Part shown: one piece after another, positions 21,884-33,300 of the stretch
Numbering within the stretch: the first letter of the stretch is position 1
Layout: every line of letters begins with the position of its first letter
Virus record (IMG/VR): IMGVR_UViG_3300045988_122236
Location: 1 to 40,831 of that record
Origin: a virus
Length of the DNA stretch: 40,831 nucleotides
Strand: one strand, 5' to 3'
Translations under genes and position numbers: made by a program
Notes under the pieces: generated by a model
Databases searched by the model: none
Seen by the model: the letters and a program-made list of their open reading frames with translations, nothing else
Told to the model about the DNA's origin: nothing

Positions 21884-23746
21884 GTGGCGAGATTTACAAT
21901 CCCTACCCAGGTGGCGCGCAGCAAGCTGACGATTGATAAGCTGCTTGGCATTGACTATACGAGCAATACCGCGAACGTGAATGTGCACCAGAGCCCGAAC
22001 GCGCCAAACATGATACGCAGCGAGCCCGGCAAGGTGCGCAAGCGCATGGGGTATAAGCGGCTGTATACGTTCCCGGCAAGAATCAACGGCTGCCACATGC
22101 TGAAAGGCAAGACGCTGATTCATGCAGGGACAGCCATTTACCTGATGCCGGAGGAAGGCAAGAAACTGGGAGACGCGCTGTACAGCGATATGGCAGATGC
22201 CAGAAGCAAGAGCTGGCAGATGGAAGATAAGCTGTTTATTGCAGACGGGAAATGCCTGCTGGTATATGACGGCGAGAGCGTAAAGAAAGCCAGCGAGGGA
22301 GCCAAAATCCCGACACTAACCATTGCCAAGCCACCGAAAGGCGGCGGCACCGAATACGAGGCGCTGAACCTGCTGCAGCCGAAATTTAAAGAGTTGTTTG
22401 CTAGCGACGGCGAGAGCAAGGAATATCATTTGAGTTTCAGCGGGCTGGACAGTGCAGAGATACAGGTGCGCAAGCTGAACAGCAGCGGCGATTGGGAAGA
22501 TGTAAAGAGCGGATACAGCTGCAACGCGGAGACGGGTATTGTTACGTTTGACACAGCACCTGAAAAAAGCCCGGTGACCGGCGAGGATAACATTGAGATT
22601 ACCGCCAGCCGGACGGTGGACGGCTATGCCGACAGAATTAACAAATGTACCATCGGTATTCTGTTTGGCGTGAACGGTGCCTCTGATCGGCTGTTTTTGA
22701 GCGGCAACCCGGATTACCCGAATCAGGACTGGTACAGCGGGCAGTATGACCTTGCCTATTGGCCGGATACCGGATACAGCAAACTGGGCAGCGAGAAAAG
22801 CGCGGTGATGGGATACAGCATCATCGAGAACCGAATTGCGGCGCACAAGGACGAAAACGAGACGGACCGAAACGTAGTTATCCGGCAGGGCAACCTTGTG
22901 GATAACGAACCGGCTTTCCCAATTACAAACACGATACAAGGCCCCGGCGCGATTGCAAAATACAGCTTTGCCTACTGTGCAAACGAACCGTTCTTTTTGA
23001 CAAATCTGGGCGTGTATGCCATTACGCCCAGCGACATTGTGGGCGAGCGGTTCAGCCAGAACCGAAGCTACTACATGAATGGCAAGCTGCTGGAAGAAGC
23101 GAATAAGAGTGAAGCGTATGCCTGCGTGTACAAGGATATGTACTGGCTGTGCCTGAACGGGGTTGCGTATATCCTTGACGGGCAGCAGAATCTTGGCACG
23201 AATGCAGGGGAGCCGTACTCAACCCGGCAGTACGCATGCTTTTATGAAACCAATATCCCAGCGCGGATTATGTGGGTAGATGAAACCGACCTGTATTTTG
23301 GGGCAGACAGCGGCAAGGTATACCGCTTTTACACCGACCCGGACGAGCTGGCCAGCTACAACGATGACGAAGAAGCGATTGCTGCCGCATGGGAAACACC
23401 AGATTTGAGCGGAAACTTGTTTTACAAGAACAAGAGCTTCCGATACCTGGCATTGCAGATGGCACCAAGTGCCATTACCAGCATTGCGGTATATGCCATG
23501 AAGCGCGGCATCTGGAACAAAATCTGGCAGGATGAAACCCATGCGCGATATTTTAGCTATCATCAGCTGCGATATTCGCGCTTTACTTATTCCAACGACC
23601 AGACGGCGCGAACGCTGCACAACAAAATCAGGATTAAACGGGTAGACAAGGCAAGGTTCCGGTTTGTAAACGATACGTTAAATGAGCCGTTTGGATTGAT
23701 GCAGATTGCCGTTGAATTTGTAGAAAACGGAAACTTTAAGGGGTGA
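21884..23746 (+). CDS. Large tail structural protein.
   Basis: About 620 aa, with a GTG start 3 nt after the upstream stop. Lies between the adaptor and fibre genes. Confidence 0.6.
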   Translation: MARFTIPTQVARSKLTIDKLLGIDYTSNTANVNVHQSPNAPNMIRSEPGKVRKRMGYKRLYTFPARINGCHMLKGKTLIHAGTAIYLMPEEGKKLGDALYSDMADARSKSWQMEDKLFIADGKCLLVYDGESVKKASEGAKIPTLTIAKPPKGGGTEYEALNLLQPKFKELFASDGESKEYHLSFSGLDSAEIQVRKLNSSGDWEDVKSGYSCNAETGIVTFDTAPEKSPVTGEDNIEITASRTVDGYADRINKCTIGILFGVNGASDRLFLSGNPDYPNQDWYSGQYDLAYWPDTGYSKLGSEKSAVMGYSIIENRIAAHKDENETDRNVVIRQGNLVDNEPAFPITNTIQGPGAIAKYSFAYCANEPFFLTNLGVYAITPSDIVGERFSQNRSYYMNGKLLEEANKSEAYACVYKDMYWLCLNGVAYILDGQQNLGTNAGEPYSTRQYACFYETNIPARIMWVDETDLYFGADSGKVYRFYTDPDELASYNDDEEAIAAAWETPDLSGNLFYKNKSFRYLALQMAPSAITSIAVYAMKRGIWNKIWQDETHARYFSYHQLRYSRFTYSNDQTARTLHNKIRIKRVDKARFRFVNDTLNEPFGLMQIAVEFVENGNFKG

Positions 23747-23750
23747 GATT

Positions 23751-25235
23751 GTGGCCTTTAAAAAAATTAGCGATTCCGATTTGCAGAATAAGGGAAACAT
23801 TGGCATGCCAGATACGCCCGGTTTAAGCACTGCTGACATGCAGAAAAAAATGGATGAAATCCCGCGTGAAGTCATTATCCCTGTTTTAAATGCCCTGATT
23901 GACGGGCTGAACGGGATGGAGCTTGAAAAAAGAACCCATAACGGCGGCGGGTGCCTTTATATCCGTGTAAACAGCGACCGCGTTGTTGAAACGAGCGATG
24001 ACGGCACTTCCTGGCAGGCGACAGGTAGCAGTGGGCACTTAATCATTGACGAGACCGGCAATGAAATGCCGCAGCGAAACCGCATGCAGTTTTTGGGGGC
24101 CACCGTTACCGATACGGGGCTTTACACGGTTATTCAGGCGCGAAAAGGAGACCCAGGGCAGCAAGGCCCACAGGGACCGGTAGGACCGCAAGGCCCGCAG
24201 GGTGTGCAGGGGCCTATTGGCCCGGCAGGCCCACAGGGAGCACAAGGATTACGCGGTGCAACGGGCGACCCCGGCCCGGCAGGCCCGGCAGGCGCAACAG
24301 GTCCTACCGGACCGAAAGGAGAAAAAGGCGAAAAGGGAAGCGACGGTTCCAGTTTTGTTGTGAAAGGCTTGTATGCCACGCTCTCCGCACTGAAAGCTGC
24401 ACACCCAACCGGCGTGGTTGGAGACGCTTACGCGGTTGGAACGGCTGACAACAACGTTGTGTATTTGTGGGACGTTGACAAGAGAGCATGGGTATCTGTT
24501 GGAACGCTGCAAGGCCCGCAAGGTCCTACTGGCCCGCAGGGGCCGCAGGGGCCTACCGGCTCTGTTGGGCCGCAGGGACCTACCGGCCCGCAGGGTGAAA
24601 CCGGCCCGCAGGGTAAACAGGGCGTACAGGGTGAGCCTGGCGAAAAAGGTGAGCAGGGAATCCAGGGTTTGCGCGGTGAGCAAGGCCCTACCGGCCCACA
24701 GGGGCCGCAGGGCGAAAAGGGAGACCCCGGACTTGTACAGAGCGTAAACGGTAAAAGCGGCAAAGCAATTGTGCTGACCGCAGAAGATGTTGGCGCGTTG
24801 GATGAGAGCACAGTAAAAGAACTTATCAACAGCCAAACGTCCGGAAAAATGGCGGCAAGCACCTACGACCCGCAAGGACGGCAGACTGATATTTTCAAGG
24901 CAATCGACAAGGTCTCCAACATCTACTACGCCAGGCTTACGCTGAACGGGTGGACGGCCTGCAGCAGCGCCGACCAGGCCAAAGACCTACTGTACCAGCA
25001 GACGGCTACGCTGACCTGCGCGAACAGCCATGCGCCTGTGGTGACGGCTGCCAGCGAGTTTTTGTCCGGCATCGGCTACGACAAGACCGGGGTGCCCGCT
25101 ACCGATAATGTGCTGAATGAAGTGCAGGACATCATCAACGACGGCGTGACGGTCACGGCGTACAATTCAGTGCTGGTTAAGGTAAAAGCAAAGCCTACCG
25201 CCGAAATCCGGGCGCGGTGGGTCATTCAAAGTTGA
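23751..25235 (+). CDS. Collagen-like tail fibre with two Gly-X-Y tracts separated by a globular insert.
   Basis: [19 protein letters not shown]...[10 protein letters not shown] and [16 protein letters not shown]...GEKGDPG were read directly. Confidence 0.85.
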   Translation: MAFKKISDSDLQNKGNIGMPDTPGLSTADMQKKMDEIPREVIIPVLNALIDGLNGMELEKRTHNGGGCLYIRVNSDRVVETSDDGTSWQATGSSGHLIIDETGNEMPQRNRMQFLGATVTDTGLYTVIQARKGDPGQQGPQGPVGPQGPQGVQGPIGPAGPQGAQGLRGATGDPGPAGPAGATGPTGPKGEKGEKGSDGSSFVVKGLYATLSALKAAHPTGVVGDAYAVGTADNNVVYLWDVDKRAWVSVGTLQGPQGPTGPQGPQGPTGSVGPQGPTGPQGETGPQGKQGVQGEPGEKGEQGIQGLRGEQGPTGPQGPQGEKGDPGLVQSVNGKSGKAIVLTAEDVGALDESTVKELINSQTSGKMAASTYDPQGRQTDIFKAIDKVSNIYYARLTLNGWTACSSADQAKDLLYQQTATLTCANSHAPVVTAASEFLSGIGYDKTGVPATDNVLNEVQDIINDGVTVTAYNSVLVKVKAKPTAEIRARWVIQS

Positions 25236-25324
25236 TGGAGGTTTAGCATGAAACATTCGTTTGTATGTAGTTTTACCTCCCCCCGTAAGAAATCTGCGGC
25301 ATGTGCTGCGCGGGGTGGCTGCTG

Positions 25325-25858
25325 ATGGGTGTAGCACCGAGGGTTCCGGGCGGCGGGAAAACATATAAAAGCCTTATTCCGGTTATGACTGCCAACAACC
25401 AGAATGGATATAGCGTATCTGCATCAAGCAGAAATAAAGGAGAAGCTTACTATGCGTTTGATGGAAACTGCAAAATCCAAAACTGGCTCGAACAAAACAA
25501 CGGTGGAACGCAGTATGTTTTTTCTTCTAGAACAGGCGGATATTTCCAAATTCGTTTCCCATCGCCCACAGAAGTAAATGGCGCGTTGGTAATTGGACCT
25601 GGATACAATCAGCAAGGTGTTGCCAATGGTGCACTTTATGGCATCTCTTATTCAGATGACGGCAGTACGTTTACCTTTGTATCAATGAACACCGGCCTGA
25701 CCGTGAACGGAGAATCCGGCGAGGAAAGAACCTTGAAGGAATATCTAGCGCTGCTCTCCGGCTACAAAAAGAAGCATCTCGGTGCGCATTTGTATTGGCG
25801 TGTACACCTTGCCATGGCAGAAGAATTCATTGGAGTAAACCAAATCGTACTTTTTTAG
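25325..25858 (+). CDS. Galactose-binding-domain-like (discoidin/CBM-type) receptor-binding candidate.
   Basis: LIPVMTANNQNGYSVSASS...AYYAFDG...W pattern. The start is uncertain (25301 or 25325). Confidence 0.55.
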   Translation: MGVAPRVPGGGKTYKSLIPVMTANNQNGYSVSASSRNKGEAYYAFDGNCKIQNWLEQNNGGTQYVFSSRTGGYFQIRFPSPTEVNGALVIGPGYNQQGVANGALYGISYSDDGSTFTFVSMNTGLTVNGESGEERTLKEYLALLSGYKKKHLGAHLYWRVHLAMAEEFIGVNQIVLF

Positions 25859-25878
25859 CAACGAAAGTAGGTAAGTTT

Positions 25879-26445
25879 ATGAAAATCTACGATAAAATCA
25901 CCAACGAGGAACTGACCTCTCCCGACCTGTCAGCGGGTTATCTCTACACCGCCCGGCGGGTTGCCGAGCATGTGCCGGAGAGCCGGGAAGTGATGCAGGG
26001 CACTGTCACCGAGGACGACCCCAAAGGCCTTGAGCACATCATCTCCGGCTACGATGTGTACGAGGACTGCCAGTTGTACCACCGCTACACCGTGGCCGAA
26101 CTGGCCGAGCGGCAGCAGGCGGAGATCGAGGCGAGCACCATTGTGCTGGACGATGCGACCAAACTCTCCCTGATGTTGGCCGAGATCCCCACCGAGGCCA
26201 AGCCCACCATGCCCCCGAAACTGGGCTACAAGTGGGTGCCGACCTACAGCGGCACGGCGGGGTTTGCGTGGGAACTGCAGGAAGACCCCAACGCCTACGG
26301 AACCAATGACCGCCCGCTGTACTGGGTGGACGGCATGACCGTCTGCACCGGCTACTACTACACCGACGGCGACAATCTGTACATGGCCCTGCAGGACGGC
26401 GCGGCCCCGGCTCTTGATGACACAGAATGGTTTGAGGTGATGTAA
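25879..26445 (+). CDS. Tail-fibre-associated protein with a C-terminal CBM5/12-like aromatic motif.
   Basis: MKIYDKITNEEL...PLYWVDGMTVCTGYYYTDGDNLYMALQDG...W. Confidence 0.55.
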   Translation: MKIYDKITNEELTSPDLSAGYLYTARRVAEHVPESREVMQGTVTEDDPKGLEHIISGYDVYEDCQLYHRYTVAELAERQQAEIEASTIVLDDATKLSLMLAEIPTEAKPTMPPKLGYKWVPTYSGTAGFAWELQEDPNAYGTNDRPLYWVDGMTVCTGYYYTDGDNLYMALQDGAAPALDDTEWFEVM

Positions 26446-27548
26446 TGGCATTGCATGAAGTACAGCTGAAAGGATACAGTGTTAGACCCGGCAACTTATC
26501 GCTTGGCACTTTTGACAGTTACGGTATCGAGCAGCTGCATGTGACGGCAGATGATGAATGGGCGGGGCTGGACATTCTGGCCGTATTCCACGCGCCGGAC
26601 GGTACTGCGACAAAGGTTGTTGTTGGGGCAGACAGTATGCTTGCCGTACCGCCGGAAGCTACGGCAAAGCAGGCAGGCGTCGGCAGAATTGTTTTTGTTG
26701 GGCTTACGGAAAACGTGCAGCGCATTACTGTGGACATGGGATACAATATCAAGCCGCACTCTGACATCGAGGGAGACAACCCCGGCATGCCGACGCCGGA
26801 TGTGGTGCAGCAGATTCTTGCCAACTCGAACAATGCCGTCAGCATTGCTACGGCGGCGCAGGACGCCGCCGAGAACGCCCGCCAAGCCGCTGAGGATGCG
26901 GCCAAAAAGGCGGGCGAGGGAGCGGGCGGCGCTGCTGCCAGTGCAGCGGCCGCCAAAAAGAGCGCCGAGGACGCTGCTGCATCCAGTGAGAGCGCGGCGG
27001 GCAAGGCAGAGGCGTCTGAATCCTCTGCCAACGCGGCCAACGAAAGCGCCAAAGCAGCTCAGGCCGCACAGGGCAGCGCCGAAAATGCTGCTCAGACAGC
27101 CGCTGATGCAGCGGGTGCCGCTAGACAAGCTGCTGGCATGGCCGGCAGTGCCGCTAAGGCTTCCAGCACCAGTGCTGGCGAGGCCGCACAGAGGGCAGAG
27201 GCGGCTGAAACTGCCAAGCAGAGAGCAGAGGACGCAGCAAAAAAGGCGCTTGAAGCAAAAACGGGCTCGGAAAACGCCCTGCAAGATGCTGACGCAGCAA
27301 AAGATGCCGCAAGTGGCTATGCCGATGCTGCGGCAAAATCAGTTACAGCAGCAGCGGCCAGTGAGAAAAATGCAGCGAAATCCGCGAACAGCGCTGCTGA
27401 TAGCGCGGCGGCGGCTAAAAAGAGCGCGGCAGATCTGGACAGTGGCCTGCTGACGGAGGACGACATCACAGAAGTGGAGACTCTGGCACAGGCGTACTAC
27501 GACGCTCTGGACGCTGAAGACAAGTCGAACCTTTCTATCCCCGGTTAA
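26445..27548 (+). CDS. Ala-rich coiled-coil fibre protein.
   Basis: TAATG coupling with the upstream gene. A stretch of about 230 aa has A/S/E/K-rich periodic sequence (AAENARQAAEDAAKKA...). Confidence 0.65.
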   Translation: MALHEVQLKGYSVRPGNLSLGTFDSYGIEQLHVTADDEWAGLDILAVFHAPDGTATKVVVGADSMLAVPPEATAKQAGVGRIVFVGLTENVQRITVDMGYNIKPHSDIEGDNPGMPTPDVVQQILANSNNAVSIATAAQDAAENARQAAEDAAKKAGEGAGGAAASAAAAKKSAEDAAASSESAAGKAEASESSANAANESAKAAQAAQGSAENAAQTAADAAGAARQAAGMAGSAAKASSTSAGEAAQRAEAAETAKQRAEDAAKKALEAKTGSENALQDADAAKDAASGYADAAAKSVTAAAASEKNAAKSANSAADSAAAAKKSAADLDSGLLTEDDITEVETLAQAYYDALDAEDKSNLSIPG

Positions 27549-27602
27549 GCGTGGGCGCGGCCCACGCCGCCGGCTGGTGATGAATAATGATGAGGTGATA
27601 CC

Positions 27603-28835
27603 TTGACAGGAATTTTTAAAGGACAGTTTCGTGTACGGTACAACTACGCCCGATTTGGTTACACGCGGGGCGGCGGCAAGACGTGGCATGGCGGCATTGA
27701 TCTGGAAGCGCTGGACGATGAGACCATTTACATGCCCACCTACAAGGGCAAGAGCATTTCCGGCACGGTGACCCGGGCGCGGATTGTGACAGACAAAAGC
27801 AATGCGACGTGGGAGTGGGGATATTACGTCTGTGTCCAGCTGGACGCAAACCAGACACCGGATGCGGTCAACTACCTGTATTTCTGCCACTGCGCCAAGC
27901 TGCTGGTCAAGGCTGGGCAGAAAGTCAAGAGCGGCGATGCACTGGCCGTTATGGGCAACACCGGCAATGCCGCGTTGGCAGACCCGCCCTACAAGCACTG
28001 CCATTTCGAGGTGCGTGCCACTGCCATCGGCAAGGGACTTGACCCGACGGCGTATGCGGGCTGCCCAAATGAGGTGGGAACCTACGGCGACCAGCCTGCG
28101 CAGACAAGCGGTGAGGAAGTACTGATTGATGTGTCCCACCACCAGGGCGCCATCGACTGGGCAAAGGTTCCCTACCGCGCCATTGTTCGCATCGGGTATC
28201 GCGGCTACGGCAGCGGAAAGCTGATGAAGGACGAACAGTACGATGCCAACCTTGCAGGGGCGAAAGCGAACGCAAAGCTGTTCGGCTTTTACTTCTTCTC
28301 GCAGGCCATCACAGTGGACGAAGCTCGCGAGGAAGCAGACTTCTGCGCAAGCCTTGCCCCGTCTGGATACCCGCTGTTTTTCGATGCCGAGTGGAGCCAT
28401 GAGACGCACGATGGACGCGCCGACAACCTGACGAAAGACCAGCGCACGGCAATCGCAATGGTGTTTTGTGAGAGAGCCAAAACGCACGGATTCACGGCAG
28501 GCATTTACACATTCACGGCCTTTGCAAGCGCAAACATCGACTACGCTTATCTGTGCGAGGATTATATCGGCTGGCTGGCCGATACGCGCACGAACTATGA
28601 CAAGACGCTGCCGCGATACATCCACCAATACGGGCAGGGCAGCGTCGCAGGCATCACCGGCAAGGTCGATCTTAACCATTTGGTTAAGACCCTTCCTGCA
28701 GTGGACAAGCCCGCAAGCAAGCTACAAGTGATTACCATTGGGCCGGTATCGCAGGGCGATGCAAATGCGGTATTTGCTGTGTGCCAGCAGCGCGGGCTGA
28801 CGGATGCTGGATTGTACAAGAGCGAGTGGGCATGA
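27603..28835 (+). CDS. Bifunctional endolysin: M23 peptidase, GH25 muramidase and a C-terminal domain of unknown function.
   Basis: HGGID (HxxxD) and HCHFEV (HxH) are M23 motifs. IDVSHHQGAIDWAKV...FFDAEW are GH25 motifs. TTG start after GAGGTGA. Confidence 0.85.
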   Translation: MTGIFKGQFRVRYNYARFGYTRGGGKTWHGGIDLEALDDETIYMPTYKGKSISGTVTRARIVTDKSNATWEWGYYVCVQLDANQTPDAVNYLYFCHCAKLLVKAGQKVKSGDALAVMGNTGNAALADPPYKHCHFEVRATAIGKGLDPTAYAGCPNEVGTYGDQPAQTSGEEVLIDVSHHQGAIDWAKVPYRAIVRIGYRGYGSGKLMKDEQYDANLAGAKANAKLFGFYFFSQAITVDEAREEADFCASLAPSGYPLFFDAEWSHETHDGRADNLTKDQRTAIAMVFCERAKTHGFTAGIYTFTAFASANIDYAYLCEDYIGWLADTRTNYDKTLPRYIHQYGQGSVAGITGKVDLNHLVKTLPAVDKPASKLQVITIGPVSQGDANAVFAVCQQRGLTDAGLYKSEWA

Positions 28836-28855
28836 GCCCGGGCGGGAAGTGAAAC

Positions 28856-29107
28856 ATGGATGAATGGGTAATCTTTAAGGACATTGTGGTGATTGTGGGG
28901 CTGGTTATAACCGTAACCACCCCGATTTTGAAACTGAACACCAGCATTACCGAGCTAAAAACGTTGTTGGAAAGCGTGATGAAGAAAGTAGAAACGCTGG
29001 ACAGCAACAACACCGAAAGCCACCGCCGGTTGTGGGAGCACAACACCGAGCAGGACAAAGTCTTGCAGAACCACGAGCAGCGGTTGCACGATCTGGACGG
29101 CAAGTAA
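28856..29107 (+). CDS. N-terminally membrane-anchored coiled-coil protein (lysis accessory candidate).
   Basis: TM helix IVVIVGLVITVTTPIL followed by heptad-like sequence. Lies between the endolysin and the holin. Confidence 0.55.
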   Translation: MDEWVIFKDIVVIVGLVITVTTPILKLNTSITELKTLLESVMKKVETLDSNNTESHRRLWEHNTEQDKVLQNHEQRLHDLDGK

Positions 29108-29230
29108 CTTGCTGAATTGCAGCAAATATTAAAACGCGCAATTAAAACTACGGTAATGCGCCATAATTTAATTTGCGTGTAATTTGCCGCGCGATTAAAA
29201 TACGCGCGCGTTTTTGAAGGGAGAAAAACC

Positions 29231-29527
29231 ATGAGTATTGACTACATGAACTACATCAAACCGGAGCTGCTGGTGCTGATTCCGGCGCTGGTATTTATCG
29301 GCTATTGCCTGAAAGCAAGCACCGCCGTGAAAGACAAGCTGATTCCTGCGCTGCTGGCTGGCGCAGGCGTGCTGCTGGCAGTTTTGTATGTGCTGGCGAC
29401 AACTGTTATTGCCAGCCCGCAGGACGCAGCACAGGCCGTGTTTACCGCCATTGTGCAAGGGCTGCTTTGTGCGGCTGGGGCTGTGTATGCGAACCAGTTC
29501 GTTAAGCAGAGCGGGAAAGAGGAGTAA
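29231..29527 (+). CDS. Holin (multi-TM, LL-H/holin-5-like).
   Basis: 98 aa with three hydrophobic segments. IKPELLVLIPALVFIGYCLK...DKLIPALL...NQFVKQSGK pattern. Confidence 0.65.
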   Translation: MSIDYMNYIKPELLVLIPALVFIGYCLKASTAVKDKLIPALLAGAGVLLAVLYVLATTVIASPQDAAQAVFTAIVQGLLCAAGAVYANQFVKQSGKEE

Positions 29528-29539
29528 GGAGGGATTTGT

Positions 29540-30337
29540 ATGCCGAAACCGGTAACAGGTTCTACAAAAGATTATTATGTTCGCCCTGGCACGAATACCG
29601 CCACAAAATATGGCAACAGTGGGAGAACGTATACAACCTCGACGACAAAAAAGAACACCGGGTATGTGCAGCCCACAGGCAATGCGGGGAACGTAAGAAC
29701 CGGCGGGAATACTTATGCTGCATCTACTGGCGTACAAAGCGCAGCGCCCGTGCAGAGCAACAGCTACAACGCTTATGCAGAGATGCAGGCAGCCATTGCA
29801 GAGGCAAACCGCCGCGCAGAGGAGCAGATGCGCGCCGCACAGGAGGCACAGCGCCGTGCCCGCGAGGAAGCATACCAGAAAGCAGCCGCACAACAGAAAG
29901 CCAACTATGACTATTCTGCCGGGCAGGTAAACAATGCGGCGGATAAGGCGCTGCAGGAAGCGTACATCAACCGCATGCTGCAGAACAAGAACTTTGCCCA
30001 GACGATGAGTGCGCAGGGTTTGAACGGCGGTGCCAGTGAAACGACTGCTGCCGGTATGTACAACAACTACAACAATGCCCGTAACAGTCTGGAAGATGAG
30101 CGCCAGAGCCAGCTTGGTAGCTTGCTGAACACCTACCAGAACAACATGGCACAGCTGGAAGCACAGCGCGCCGGCGGTGAGGCTGCAAGCCTGAGCCAGT
30201 ACCAGACGGCGCTTGCCAACCTTGCAGCCAACAACAATACCAACCTGATTAGTTTGCTGCAGGGCTACGGCGCTACCGCTACGCCGATTGTGAACAGGCG
30301 CTACAATGCCGTTACAGGGCAGTGGGAAGAATACTAA
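29540..30337 (+). CDS. Q/N/A-rich 265-aa protein of unknown function (virion-internal candidate).
   Basis: AAGGAGG SD. Followed by a terminator. Confidence 0.6.
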   Translation: MPKPVTGSTKDYYVRPGTNTATKYGNSGRTYTTSTTKKNTGYVQPTGNAGNVRTGGNTYAASTGVQSAAPVQSNSYNAYAEMQAAIAEANRRAEEQMRAAQEAQRRAREEAYQKAAAQQKANYDYSAGQVNNAADKALQEAYINRMLQNKNFAQTMSAQGLNGGASETTAAGMYNNYNNARNSLEDERQSQLGSLLNTYQNNMAQLEAQRAGGEAASLSQYQTALANLAANNNTNLISLLQGYGATATPIVNRRYNAVTGQWEEY

Positions 30338-30346
30338 CTTGTTATC

Positions 30347-30371
30347 AGCCGCCCTACGGGGCGGCTTTTTT
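30347..30371 (+). terminator. Intrinsic terminator.
   Basis: AGCCGCCC-tacg-GGGCGGCT followed by T6. Confidence 0.85.
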
Positions 30372-30388
30372 AGTAACAGGGGGAACAA

Positions 30389-33300
30389 ATGGCTAGAGTA
30401 CGCACGCGGGAAGAAGCACTGCTGAACGCTTACTTAAACCGCTACCAGAATGTACAGGCGAGCACCGTGAACAGCGGAAGCAGCGCCGCCCAGAGTGCCC
30501 AGAGCAAGGGCAGCGCACTGATGAACAGCACCGACAAAACGTTGCCGGAAGTGAAAGACTATTCTGCCGACGTATATAACGGCATCATCAAGAGCGCTGA
30601 CCGGGACCAGAACCTTACCGTTACGGCGGCAAAGGCCTACCAGAAAGAGCAGGAGGAAGCCGCAAAGGCCGCCGAAAAAGCAGTGGCAAAGAGCCGCAGA
30701 TCAAGTGGAAAATCCAGCAGCAAAAGCAGCGGCAAGGCTGCGGACAGTGACAGCGATACTACCGATGTGAGCGCTGCGGTAAATGAGCTGCTTGGCGGTA
30801 CGGCAAAGGACAAACCCCAGAGCAATACCACCAAGAAGAAAGTAACAGACGCAAACAGCGGTGCTACTGCACAGGCGGAGCGCAACGCCAGTGCGCGGAA
30901 GAAGTACGATGGTAGCGAACAGGAAAAAAGCGACAAGAAATACCGGCAGGAACAGAAAAACCAAAAGATTCAGCGCACGCTGAATGAGAAGCAAAACGGA
31001 AACCCCGGCAAGACCGGCAACAGCTATGCGGAGCGCCGGGCTGCCGCGCAGGGCACGCAGAGCCGCGCTGTAACGAGCGCGGGCAAGCAGGTAGGCAGCA
31101 GTTATGCTGCCGCCGGACAAGCCCCCACAGAGCGAGAGATAGCCGCTGGGCAGCAGGTGAAGAAGCAGACCGCCGACACGCTGCAAAAGCTGCAGACAGA
31201 CAATGATTATCTGGCCGAGCTGGCAAAGCCGGGACGCAAGCTGACGCAGAGTGAAATTAACGCGGTAAAGCAGTATGGCCGGAACGCAAACGACCTGTAC
31301 AAAGAGTATCAGGATGGGAAGATCAGCGTGTCCGAGTACAACCAGCAAGCGCAGGACCTTGCCCGGCTGAACCAGAAAGCCAGCCTGAACGGACTGGGAC
31401 AGGGGATGCAGGCATTTACCAGCGGCCTGATGACCAGTGTGCCGTTTTTGAAACAGGCCGACAAAGCTGTTAAGTCTTTGGGCGGGGATGCTTACAGCAA
31501 GGCGATAGAAGATGGAGTGATTCCCGATACTCTGGAAACCTTGCAGGGATACCAGGACCAGAACAAACTTGCCGCTGCTGCCGGTACAATGGCCGGAAAG
31601 AGCGCGCAGTATGCCACCTTTAACAACTTGATGGCGGGCACACATTTGGCCGACACAATGGGCAAGGTGGGCGGCAAGGTGATGGGTGCGGCAAGCAAAA
31701 TCCCTGGATTGGAGCGGTTTGCCACACCGGCTGCCGGGGAAGCGCTTGGGCGCATTTTGACCGACCAGACAGCGGACACGGCACTGGATACGATACCGAG
31801 CCTTGTGAACGACCTTGCGGCGTATGACGAGCAGCAGGGGCGCATCAAGAACGGTGAGCAGGTGGATAATGCCCTGACGCCCGGACAGATTGGTTTAAAC
31901 GTGCTGGGCAATGTTGGGCAAAACTTTGCCATGAACGCGCTGCCGGAAATTGGCGGAGCGGTGGTGAACGGCATCAAGAACAGCCGCACGGCACAGCGAA
32001 TGTTGGATGAACAGGCACAGGCGCTTGCAGACGGCACTTTGCAGAACGACGCTGCCATGCTTTTGCGCAGTAACGATTTGACACCGACCAAAAATCTGCC
32101 GATTGACAATGCTGGCAGACAGGCGCAGAATGAAGTTACAGGAGGGATAGCAAATGGCACAACTGACTTGGGAGGAACTGTTCCGGCAAATATTCCCGTC
32201 TTGTCTGACGGTGGCAAGCGCCTTGAACCGCAACCCGGAGAAAATGGCATTGAAGTTTCTGGAACAGCAGGTGCAGGCAGGGAAGCTGCCGAAGCGGCAG
32301 GCAACGGAGCAAGAGCTGCGGCAGATGGAGCAGCAGATTCTACGGACGTGGGCAGCTGGGCAAGCGCCATCACAGGGAAAGACAGACGAAGCGCCTTAAC
32401 CCGGCGTGTGGAAGATCTTGGACAGAGAATTGCCAGCGGAGAAAACCGGGATACGCTTTTGCGGGACGCCAACGACATTGCCGCGCGAATTGTAAAAGAA
32501 AGCGACTTTGCCGAGCAGACCGACCATGCGGCAACCGTGCTGCGGGATTATATGAAAAACACCCCCATCCGCCTTGACGAGCAGACGGCTGGGGAGCTTT
32601 TGTATACCAGCGGATTAAAGAATCTTGGCCAGTACAACATCCAGAACGGCACGAATTTCAGCACAAAAAAGGGGCTGGACTTTGATGTTGCCATGCAGGA
32701 ATTAAACGGCATGAATGTTGGCCTGAGCGGCGGGGACGGCGTGGATGCCCTGCTGGATGCTGTAGCCAAGAGCAAGTCAAAGCCTGCTGTGGATGAAGTG
32801 TATGCAAGCGCTTATACGGAATATGTTCGGGATACCTTACTGGACGGTACGCAGAAGGGCGGACTTTCGGATGAGGGGTTCAGCGATTGGCTGGAAGTGC
32901 AGGGCTTTAACGAGGATGCACCGGTTTATGTACGGCAGATGTACGAACGCCAGAACGGCTACAACCCTTGGAGAGGGACGGACTATAACCAGAATGTGCT
33001 GAACCGTGCAGAGGATGTACCGACAGAGAACCCCGGCGCGCTGGGGCTGGAACGGCAGACGGCGGAAAGCGTGAGCGCGGAGGTGCCCGCAGTGAACCGT
33101 GAGGCCATGCCGCTGAACGGCAGCGAGAGCGTGCCGGAGAATGCGGTAGGTGCGGAGAACACCCAATACGACCGCAGGGAAGTGCTGAACCAGGACTATG
33201 CAAACCAGCGCGTTATGTCCGGTGATATGAGCAAAGAGGAAGCAGCGCAACTGGGTATTGGGCAGCAGACACATACAGTGTACAGCCGCGCCGAAGGCCA

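Noticed and set aside
23751-27548. Diversity-generating retroelement acting on the fibre or CBM genes.
   Set aside because: No reverse transcriptase gene is present in the genome, and I did not see a template/variable repeat pair.
28856-29107. Annotating this as an XhlA-family haemolysin/lysis protein.
   Set aside because: As I recall it, XhlA has an N-terminal coiled coil and a C-terminal TM segment. This protein has the reverse topology, so only a generic lysis-accessory call is made.
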